This document shows, one piece after another, positions 38,336 through 45,850 of a DNA stretch of 59,190 bases (position 1 is the stretch's first letter; each line of letters opens with the position of its first letter). The position numbers and the translations under genes are program-made. The notes beneath the pieces were generated by a model that was not told the DNA's origin, made no database searches, and saw only the letters and a program-made list of their open reading frames with translations. The stretch is from Verrucomicrobiota bacterium (GTDB lineage Bacteria; Chlamydiota; Chlamydiia; Chlamydiales; 2-12-FULL-49-11), in NCBI GenBank assembly GCA_018240105.1, contig JAFEGE010000094.1, forward strand, positions 1 to 59,190, in the 5' to 3' direction.

Positions 38336-39907
38336 ATGGATACTTTTTACAATATGCAAAGCGACCAAGTTGTCGTTAACAGGCTCTCTATTAACCCCTT
38401 AAAAGAGACCGATCAAAGAGATACACCAAGCCCGTGTATCCTTGTCATCTTTGGCGCCTCGGGCGACTTAACCGGCAGAAAACTGATTCCAGCTATCTAT
38501 AATTTAATGAAAGATGGCCAACTCCCTCCCCACTTCGCCTGTGTAGGTGTCGCTCGAAGAGAGAAGAATCGAGAAGCTTTTTGTACGGAGATGCAAGAGC
38601 ATATCCAAAAGTTCTCTAGAACCAAGGCAACAACTGCTGATTTAGAGGCCTTTACCGAGAAGCTTTACTATTATAAGGGTGATTTTCAAGAAGATACGCT
38701 TTACCCAGAGCTCGATAAATTTTTACAAGAGCTCGATAAAAAGCACGGTACTAAAGGCAATCGCCTCTTTTACCTATCGACACCCCCCTCCTCCTTTACT
38801 CCTATCATTGAAAAGCTAAAGAAGTATCGCCTCGTGTACGATATCTCTGAAACCCGGTTTTCAAGAGTCATTATAGAGAAGCCCTTTGGCCATGACAACA
38901 AAAGCGCTCTTCTCTTACAAAATGAGCTCAGTAAAAACCTCTCAGAAAATCAAATCTATCGTATCGACCACTACCTTGGTAAAGAGACAGTCCAAAACCT
39001 CTTGGTCTTTCGCTTTAGTAACTCTCTCTTTGAAGGGGTGTGGAATAATCGTTACGTAGACAACTTACAAATCTCTGTGGCTGAAAGTATCGGTATTGAA
39101 GGGCGAGGTAATTTCTTTGAAGGCCAAGGGCTTTTAAGAGACATTGTCCAGAACCACTTGATGCAACTCTTATCTCTTGTAGCCATGGAGCCACCTACAA
39201 ACCTCTCAGCGGAGGCGATCCGCGATGAAAAGGTAAAAGTTCTCCAGTCGCTACAACGCTTTAATGAAGAGCAGATTGAAAACTTTGCTGTCCGGGGTCA
39301 ATATAAAGAGGGCTTTATCGATGGCGAGCCTGTTATCGCTTACCGCTCTGAGCCTCACGTGAAAAAAGATTCGCAAATAGAGACCTTTGCAGCTATTCGT
39401 TTACAGATAGAAAACTGGCGCTGGGCCGGTGTTCCCATCTATATTCGCGCAGGCAAGCGTCTACCGAAACGCTCTACAGAGATCGTTGTCACCTTTAAAA
39501 GAACACCGAATATCCTCTTTCACAAGCATGACAAAAATAATGCCCCGAACCAAGTGATATTCCGGATACAGCCGAATGAAGGGATCTCTATGAAGTTTAA
39601 TAGTAAAGTCCCTGGCTCGACAAATTTGATCCAACCAGTTAACATGGACTTTCAATACGCAAACTACTTTGGTAAAGCTGTTCCCGAAGCGTATGAGCGC
39701 CTCATTTATGATGCGATTTTAGGCGATGGGACCCTCTTTGCTCGGGTCGATGAGTCCTTAAGCTCATGGGAATTTTTAACACCTATTTTACAGTCGTGGG
39801 CCTCTCGCCCCTTAGAAGAGGAAGATTTTTATCCATCGGGTACCTGGGGTCCAACAAGTGTTGATTACCTTTTACGAAGAGAGCACAAAAACTGGAAGCC
39901 TCTATGA
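38336..39907 (+). CDS. zwf: glucose-6-phosphate 1-dehydrogenase
   Basis: IFGASGDLTGRKL NADP-binding site and the RIDHYLGKE active-site motif. Confidence 0.95.
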   Translation: MDTFYNMQSDQVVVNRLSINPLKETDQRDTPSPCILVIFGASGDLTGRKLIPAIYNLMKDGQLPPHFACVGVARREKNREAFCTEMQEHIQKFSRTKATTADLEAFTEKLYYYKGDFQEDTLYPELDKFLQELDKKHGTKGNRLFYLSTPPSSFTPIIEKLKKYRLVYDISETRFSRVIIEKPFGHDNKSALLLQNELSKNLSENQIYRIDHYLGKETVQNLLVFRFSNSLFEGVWNNRYVDNLQISVAESIGIEGRGNFFEGQGLLRDIVQNHLMQLLSLVAMEPPTNLSAEAIRDEKVKVLQSLQRFNEEQIENFAVRGQYKEGFIDGEPVIAYRSEPHVKKDSQIETFAAIRLQIENWRWAGVPIYIRAGKRLPKRSTEIVVTFKRTPNILFHKHDKNNAPNQVIFRIQPNEGISMKFNSKVPGSTNLIQPVNMDFQYANYFGKAVPEAYERLIYDAILGDGTLFARVDESLSSWEFLTPILQSWASRPLEEEDFYPSGTWGPTSVDYLLRREHKNWKPL

Positions 39908-40956
39908 CAAAAACAGAGATGTACATACAGCCAAAAGAGATTCTAAAAGAACTCTCCTCCCTATCTGAAAAGCTTAAAGGTACCAATCTTGTACGGGCAA
40001 CCCTCTTTAATCTCGTGATCTACTCTAAAAAAGATAGCCGCGAGGCGTACTTTAGAAAGATTGCCGAGACAACTATTAAAAAATTTCCCTGTCGCGTTAT
40101 CTTCATTACAGAGGAAGATCGCTCTGAAGAGAGCTTCTTAAAGACTTACGTAACAGAGCTCCGTCCTGAAGAAGAGAGCTCTATCTTCTGCGATATGATC
40201 CACTTTGAAGTTTGTGGAAAGCACAGAGAACGTATCCCTTTTGTGGTACTACCCCACCTTCTCTCTGACCGCCCGGTTTATCTATTACGCGGTGATGATC
40301 CTATCACACAAGACCCTCTTCTTCTTAAATTAGAAGAGATCGCAACGCGCACTATATTTGATTCAGAGGGAACTAAAAACTTTACAGCCTTTGCCAAGAT
40401 TTTACTTACGCTGCAAGAGAGTGTTCATATCGATACCGGTGACCTAAACTGGGCCAGAACAACCTCTTTTCGAACGCTCTTCTCTGAGATCTTTAATAGT
40501 AAAGAGAAGCTTGCCTCTCTACTCCAGGTTAAAGAGATTGAAATTACCTATAATAAGATAAATCATGAGATCCCAGCGCTCTACTTCCAAGCGTGGCTTG
40601 CAAGCCGCCTCTCTTGGGAATTTCAACATAGAGTGGGTGAAACTTTCTCTTACCTCTCTCGTAAAAGCCCCATCACTGTAAGACTTGCCGCCTCTCTCCA
40701 AGAGAATTTGCCACCTGGCAGACTTCTCTCCGTATTGTGTAAGGTCTCTGAAGAGGAGAAGATCTACTTCACAGTAAATCCTAAAGAGATGGACTCTATC
40801 TCTGTGCAGTATACAAGTAAAACCTCTTGCGAATTGCCCTTTCTCTATAAACTGCCAAAAGAGCATCTAAACCCCTCCCTTGTCCATGAGATCTATAACG
40901 TCGGGACTTCCGCTACTTTTTTAGAGGCGCTTAAACTCTTAGCAAAGACTCTATGA
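39904..40956 (+). CDS. OpcA-like protein (putative G6PD assembly/allosteric partner)
   Basis: 350-aa ORF coupled by ATGA overlaps to zwf and pgl. The RATLFNLVIY block resembles cyanobacterial/actinobacterial OpcA from memory. The assignment rests mainly on position. Confidence 0.5.
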   Translation: MTKTEMYIQPKEILKELSSLSEKLKGTNLVRATLFNLVIYSKKDSREAYFRKIAETTIKKFPCRVIFITEEDRSEESFLKTYVTELRPEEESSIFCDMIHFEVCGKHRERIPFVVLPHLLSDRPVYLLRGDDPITQDPLLLKLEEIATRTIFDSEGTKNFTAFAKILLTLQESVHIDTGDLNWARTTSFRTLFSEIFNSKEKLASLLQVKEIEITYNKINHEIPALYFQAWLASRLSWEFQHRVGETFSYLSRKSPITVRLAASLQENLPPGRLLSVLCKVSEEEKIYFTVNPKEMDSISVQYTSKTSCELPFLYKLPKEHLNPSLVHEIYNVGTSATFLEALKLLAKTL

Positions 40957-41687
40957 TCAAAACCTTTGATGCCCGAAGAGGGATTGCTTTATTTAATTCA
41001 GAAGAGGAGGCTATTGTCTTTTCTGTAGAGCACTGGATAAAGCTTGCTAAAAAGGCCATAGATACAAAAGGCGCTTTTTTTGTAGCCCTCTCCGGTGGTT
41101 CTACACCGAAGCAGATTTTCTCTAAGTTTACCCCCGATATGCTAGATTGGAGCCGTGTCTTTCTCTTTTGGAGCGATGAAAGAAATGCACCGCCAACCGA
41201 CAAAGAGAGTAATTACAAGATGGCTCTAGATGCAGGCTTTGGTAAACTTCCTATTCCTAAAGAGCAAATTTTCCGGATGCATGCAGAGGATCACATAGAG
41301 GAGAATGCAAAAGCCTATGAAAAGACCATCTCCAAAATTCTCCAAGGAAGGCCTTTCGACCTTATCATGCTCGGCATGGGTGATGATGGCCATACAGCAT
41401 CCCTTTTTCCAGATACAGAGGCTCTCTTAATAGAAGATAGACTTGTTGTTGCAAATTACGTCCCCTCAAAAGAGACCACGCGGATGACCTTTACCTTTCC
41501 CCTTATAAATAAAGCCCTACATACGGTCTTTTATGTCCTTGGCAAGAGTAAAGCCGAAGCTGTTTTAGAAGTCTTTTCTGATAAAAGAGGCAAATACCCA
41601 GCCTCTCACGTTGGCACCCCTAGCCATCCCTCTCTTTGGATTCTAGATAAGGAAGCTTCTTCCATGTTGAATATGTGCAACTTATAG
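40953..41687 (+). CDS. pgl: 6-phosphogluconolactonase
   Basis: Contains ALSGGSTPK, FWSDER and GMGDDGHTASLFP. Confidence 0.9.
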   Translation: MIKTFDARRGIALFNSEEEAIVFSVEHWIKLAKKAIDTKGAFFVALSGGSTPKQIFSKFTPDMLDWSRVFLFWSDERNAPPTDKESNYKMALDAGFGKLPIPKEQIFRMHAEDHIEENAKAYEKTISKILQGRPFDLIMLGMGDDGHTASLFPDTEALLIEDRLVVANYVPSKETTRMTFTFPLINKALHTVFYVLGKSKAEAVLEVFSDKRGKYPASHVGTPSHPSLWILDKEASSMLNMCNL

Positions 41688-41737
41688 CTATATTACGACA
41701 TTTTATATAATGCTCTTAGCAATTTAAAGGGAGCGTT

Positions 41738-42169
41738 ATGAGCAGTATTAAAATTTCTGTCGGGAGCTTTGATGATAGAACTGGAGGGCTTTTAATAGAT
41801 CTAGATACGGACTCTGAGGGATTTTATCTCTCCCTATCCCTTACAGATATTCGAACCCAAACTAATCTTTTGGGCCCGCTACCAAATCCAAACGTCCAAA
41901 GTGGCACTATTGCTGTTCCTGCAACTAGCCCATATCTACCGGGAGGCCCTTATAAAATGGGTTTTATTATCCAAAATAAAGCTGATAAACCTTACGCCAC
42001 CATCGAATTTGATGCGATTATCAGTAACATGGGCCAAGTTGTGCTGCAAGGTCTTAGCAAAGCAACTTTTGATAACGCCTCTATTGTTGCTATCGGTCCC
42101 TTAGGTTTTACACTAATAACGAAACCACAAGCAAATCTTAACCATCCCAAAAAGTTATCTTCACATTAA
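41738..42169 (+). CDS. hypothetical protein, 143 aa
   Basis: ORF with an AGGGAG SD. No motif recognised. Confidence 0.45.
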   Translation: MSSIKISVGSFDDRTGGLLIDLDTDSEGFYLSLSLTDIRTQTNLLGPLPNPNVQSGTIAVPATSPYLPGGPYKMGFIIQNKADKPYATIEFDAIISNMGQVVLQGLSKATFDNASIVAIGPLGFTLITKPQANLNHPKKLSSH

Positions 42170-42244
42170 ATATATTCAAATATATGCATAAAACTTTGAA
42201 ATAAAAGTTTATATAAGTTATTCTATCTCCGGTTTTTTTAGGAG

Positions 42245-44050
42245 ATGATGATGAAAAAATATACGCTGTTTGTTTCATTAGTTTGCAGTTCTATTTTCGC
42301 TGTAGAAACTAATAAAGAGAGTAAAATTGCCTACGCTAAAGAGGTGCTCTCTAATTTAGATGAAACGGTTGCCAAATACGTAGCAATGCTAGAGGTCCCA
42401 GGCGCTGTTGTCGGTGTTGTCGTAGAGGGAGAAGTTGTTTTTGCAAAGCCCTACGGCTCTCGCAACGTAGAGAAACATCTACCTACTACTACAAAGACTC
42501 TCTTTCCAATCGGCTCCATAACAAAGGGCTTTACAAGCTTTTTACTTGGTACTTTAGTAGATGACAACATTTTGCAGTGGGATGATTTGATCATCGATCA
42601 TATCCCCTCCTTCAGATTAGAAGATCCCTATACAACACAAGAAGTTACCATAAAGGATTATCTTACACACGTATCTGGCTATCCTAAAAATGATCCCCTT
42701 TGGTTTAATTTAAACCTCTCTCGAAAAGAGCTCATTCGCAAACTACGCTATTTAACCCCTGCCTTTTCTTTCCGCAGCCAATTTCATTACCAAAATATAG
42801 GGTACGCTGTAGCAGCATACGCTGCCGAACAAGCAACACAAAAGAGTTATGAAGAGCTTTTACAAGAAAGAGTCTTACAACCCTTAGGCCTTCACTCTAC
42901 CACAGCCTCTATTGAACAGTTTCAAAAAAATGACGACTACGCTCTTGGATATCGTGGCTTTAAAGCAAAAGATGTACGTCCAAGCTACCTTGTCAATCCT
43001 CATACTATCGCTGCCGGTGGCGGCTTAATCTCTAATTTAGAGGATATGCTTACTTGGACTAGAGGACTTTTGAATTACGGTAATAATCTCGTAGAGAGAC
43101 GCACATGGCATGAGATCTTTACGCCACATGTCACCTCCAACATTACGTCAGGCTTTAATTTAGAAGAGTATATTCCGATGGAATCGTACGGGCTTGGTTG
43201 GTTTTTAGTTCCTTACCGCGGCTATTTTATGGCCTTTCATGGTGGTAATATCGAAGGCTACTCCAGCAATATCGTTCTCTTTCCTAGAGATAATATCGGT
43301 ATCGTAGTTTTAACAAATAAAAACTTCTCACCACTACCTTACCTTATAGCGACTACCTTTGCCGATAAACTCCTTGGCCTTCCAGAGATAGATTGGGCGG
43401 CTAAATGCAACTTTGTCTTTGAAGCCTACACTAAAGAAGAGCTTGCAACGCATCAAGCCAAGGGCAATGAGAATCGTGTTTTAAACACAACTCCTACACA
43501 CGCTCTTATTGACTATGAAGGCTCCTACACTCATCCAGCCTTTGGAAAAATGGTTGTCCATAAGAAGAATAATGGCCTTACTCTTACCTACAACAACATT
43601 ACTATGAATTTAAACCATTGGCATTACAATGTGTTTGAGATAGCAAACGACTGCCCCTATTCTATCCTTGTCGGTCTTAAATTTTCCTTCCATCAAAATG
43701 TCTATGGTGATATCTCTTCTATAGAAGTTCCCTTAGAACCTATGAGTGACGATCTTATGTTTGAAAAAGAAAAAGACTCTTCTTTAAATGATCCAAACTA
43801 CCTAGATCAGTTTGCAGGCACCTATAGCTATTACGGTTTTTCGGTTCCCATCGAACGCAGAGATGAGAAGCTTGTTGTAAAAGCCTCTTGGGGACAGCCC
43901 GAATACACCTTAATTCCTGAAAAATTTGGCCTCTTTAAAGTGGTAAATCAGGAAGGCTATCTTGTCCAATTCCTTATGGATGATAACAGTAGAGTTACAG
44001 CTGTGCAAGTCACACAAGGGACTACCTCTTATATAGCAATACGTCACTAA
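42245..44050 (+). CDS. secreted serine hydrolase, beta-lactamase/PBP4*-like fold
   Basis: Signal peptide, SITKGF (SxxK) and HYQNIGY (YxN), plus a ~200-aa C-terminal extension. Confidence 0.85.
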   Translation: MMMKKYTLFVSLVCSSIFAVETNKESKIAYAKEVLSNLDETVAKYVAMLEVPGAVVGVVVEGEVVFAKPYGSRNVEKHLPTTTKTLFPIGSITKGFTSFLLGTLVDDNILQWDDLIIDHIPSFRLEDPYTTQEVTIKDYLTHVSGYPKNDPLWFNLNLSRKELIRKLRYLTPAFSFRSQFHYQNIGYAVAAYAAEQATQKSYEELLQERVLQPLGLHSTTASIEQFQKNDDYALGYRGFKAKDVRPSYLVNPHTIAAGGGLISNLEDMLTWTRGLLNYGNNLVERRTWHEIFTPHVTSNITSGFNLEEYIPMESYGLGWFLVPYRGYFMAFHGGNIEGYSSNIVLFPRDNIGIVVLTNKNFSPLPYLIATTFADKLLGLPEIDWAAKCNFVFEAYTKEELATHQAKGNENRVLNTTPTHALIDYEGSYTHPAFGKMVVHKKNNGLTLTYNNITMNLNHWHYNVFEIANDCPYSILVGLKFSFHQNVYGDISSIEVPLEPMSDDLMFEKEKDSSLNDPNYLDQFAGTYSYYGFSVPIERRDEKLVVKASWGQPEYTLIPEKFGLFKVVNQEGYLVQFLMDDNSRVTAVQVTQGTTSYIAIRH

Positions 44051-44192
44051 GTCTTTATTCCTTATGCTGAAGTGGTTCAAAGTCTGAGCCACTTCAACCT
44101 ATCTAAGCATAAATTTCTCCCCTGCTACAATTACTATAGAAAAAGAAAAATAATAAAAAGAAATAAATTACTCTTTTTCGATAGGAAACACA

Positions 44193-44681
44193 ATGTTTAG
44201 CCCTTTTGGTATGGGTGGCATGTTAAGCCCACTTCTTGGTGGTAGTAGTAACGGCAGCAGCCCTTTAGGTGGAGTTGTTGACTCGCTTAGCAACCTACCC
44301 TTGGTAGGACCTTTGGTCAACAACCTTGCCAATATGGCATCAAACCTTCCGATTGTTGGCGATACAGTAAAATCTCTTATAGGAAAACCAACCCCGACTG
44401 AAACACCCGCAGCAACTACAGCACCTCCGGTGACAGCTCCGCCCCCTGCTTACCCAACCGATTTCTATCCTCCCCTTCCTCCTTTACCACCAGCTCCCCC
44501 ACCAACCACCCCATCTACCCTTACAAACGATCAACTCTTCCAACTAAAGCAATTAAACTACCGCATGGGTGTACTTTTATCGCAATACAACTGCGGCTCC
44601 TGCATGAACTGTAATAGCTCGAATATATTCGATCTTTGCATGCAAAGTGTAAATATTATTAAAACGAAAAACCTCTACTAA
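44193..44681 (+). CDS. low-complexity small protein, paralog A (LP-IVG N-module, Pro-rich linker, CNCN C-module)
   Basis: 162-aa ORF, first of three genes separated by 10 and 8 nt. See findings for the shared modules. Confidence 0.6.
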   Translation: MFSPFGMGGMLSPLLGGSSNGSSPLGGVVDSLSNLPLVGPLVNNLANMASNLPIVGDTVKSLIGKPTPTETPAATTAPPVTAPPPAYPTDFYPPLPPLPPAPPPTTPSTLTNDQLFQLKQLNYRMGVLLSQYNCGSCMNCNSSNIFDLCMQSVNIIKTKNLY

Positions 44682-44691
44682 GAGAAGACGT

Positions 44692-45294
44692 ATGGCATTT
44701 TTACTACCTCTATTAGGATCGGCAGCCGGAGCAATAGGATCAGGAGCAGCAGCATTGGGGTCTGGGGCAGCGGCAGCTTTAGGATCAGGAGCGGCAGCAG
44801 CGGGTGTAGGTGCCGCGGCTGGAGCAGCAGAAGGCGGCCTTCTAGCAGGACTTGGCCAGACTCTTCTATCCTCAGGAGCTTCTGCGGCCGCATTTACGCT
44901 TGTTCCACAACTCTTAACTCCCACACCAGACCCTTCACAAGACCCTTATGCAGTAGGCTATACCGATCCTTATGCAGCAGGATATGCTGACCCGTATGCG
45001 GGAGGATATAGTGACCCGTATGCAGCAGGTGGTTATGGTGCAGATCCGTACAGTACAGGCAGCTATGCAGATCCTTACGCAGCAAGTAGCTATCCTACAT
45101 CCTATGCTGGAACATCTAGCGCTTCAACTGGCCTCTCTAACGACCAACTACAAGGCTTGGATTTCTTTACCTATCAGAATCTTCTTTTACTCTGCGCTTC
45201 TTGTGATTCTCAGGGCTGCAACTGTAACGCTTCTCTTATTTTGGATAACTGCGTAAAAAGTATAAATCTTATTAAAAATCAAACAGGGTTTTAG
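44692..45294 (+). CDS. low-complexity small protein, paralog B (Gly/Ala zipper N-terminus, DPYAxGY repeats, CNCN C-module)
   Basis: 200-aa ORF. Its C-terminal 53 aa align without gaps to paralog A. Confidence 0.6.
   Translation: MAFLLPLLGSAAGAIGSGAAALGSGAAAALGSGAAAAGVGAAAGAAEGGLLAGLGQTLLSSGASAAAFTLVPQLLTPTPDPSQDPYAVGYTDPYAAGYADPYAGGYSDPYAAGGYGADPYSTGSYADPYAASSYPTSYAGTSSASTGLSNDQLQGLDFFTYQNLLLLCASCDSQGCNCNASLILDNCVKSINLIKNQTGF
44941..45093 (+). repeat. in-frame tandem ~24-nt repeats encoding DPYA-x-GY-x units
   Basis: The encoded units are DPYAVGYT, DPYAAGYA, DPYAGGYS, DPYAAGGYGA, DPYSTGSYA and DPYAASSY. Confidence 0.8.
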
Positions 45295-45302
45295 GTAATA
45301 AC

Positions 45303-45806
45303 ATGGGCATGTTCGACTTTCTGAAAGAGTTACCAATCATAGGAGATGTAGTAGACACTGTTGCGAATGTAGCCGGAAGCATTCCTATCGTAGGTGGCCT
45401 TACTAATATGCTGGTCTCGCCAGACAAACCACAAACAGCAGTCGCTCAACCTGCTGCTGTAGCACCAGCAGCCGCAGTTCCAGCAGCAGCTTATCCGACC
45501 GACCCTTATGCCGGAAGTTATGGTGGCTACAGCGATCCATATGGCGGAGCCTATGGCAGTGATCCGTATGGTAGTTACAGCGATCCCTATGCAGCAATGG
45601 CTGCAGTATCTCCTGCACCTGCACCTTTTTATCTAGATAGCATTGTTTTACCTTCAAGGCCAATCGATCCATGTGCTTTAGAGCGTCTAGAGCATTACTA
45701 CGCAGCTATCGTAAAAATCCTACAATCTCCCTACGCTGCAAACTTTGAAGAGCTACTACTTGCTTACCTCTATAAGTGCGTAGATATTCTCTCGGATTAT
45801 TGCTAA
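45303..45806 (+). CDS. low-complexity small protein, paralog C (LP-IVG N-module, DPY repeats, distinct helical C-terminus)
   Basis: 167-aa ORF. Its N-module aligns without gaps to paralog A and its DPY repeats match those of B. Confidence 0.6.
   Translation: MGMFDFLKELPIIGDVVDTVANVAGSIPIVGGLTNMLVSPDKPQTAVAQPAAVAPAAAVPAAAYPTDPYAGSYGGYSDPYGGAYGSDPYGSYSDPYAAMAAVSPAPAPFYLDSIVLPSRPIDPCALERLEHYYAAIVKILQSPYAANFEELLLAYLYKCVDILSDYC
45501..45597 (+). repeat. in-frame degenerate DPY(A/G) repeats in paralog C
   Basis: The encoded units are DPYAGSYGGYS, DPYGGAYGS, DPYGSYS and DPYAAMA. Confidence 0.7.
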
Positions 45807-45810
45807 CGCT

Positions 45811-45842
45811 TTTGAGACGCACCTCTCTGTGTGCGTCTCAAA
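45811..45842. terminator. bidirectional rho-independent terminator
   Basis: tttgagacgcac-ctctctgt-gtgcgtctcaaa is a 12-bp stem, followed by aaaaa. It sits between convergent genes. Confidence 0.8.
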
Positions 45843-45850
45843 AAAACACT

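Noticed and set aside
44577-45672. Minus-strand and alternate-frame ORFs over the three-gene low-complexity operon (44577..44924, 44678..44893, 44894..45085, 44972..45256, 45403..45672)
   Set aside because: They are a product of repeat-driven composition. The + strand frames form three tightly spaced paralogous genes with shared modules, which the alternative frames do not.
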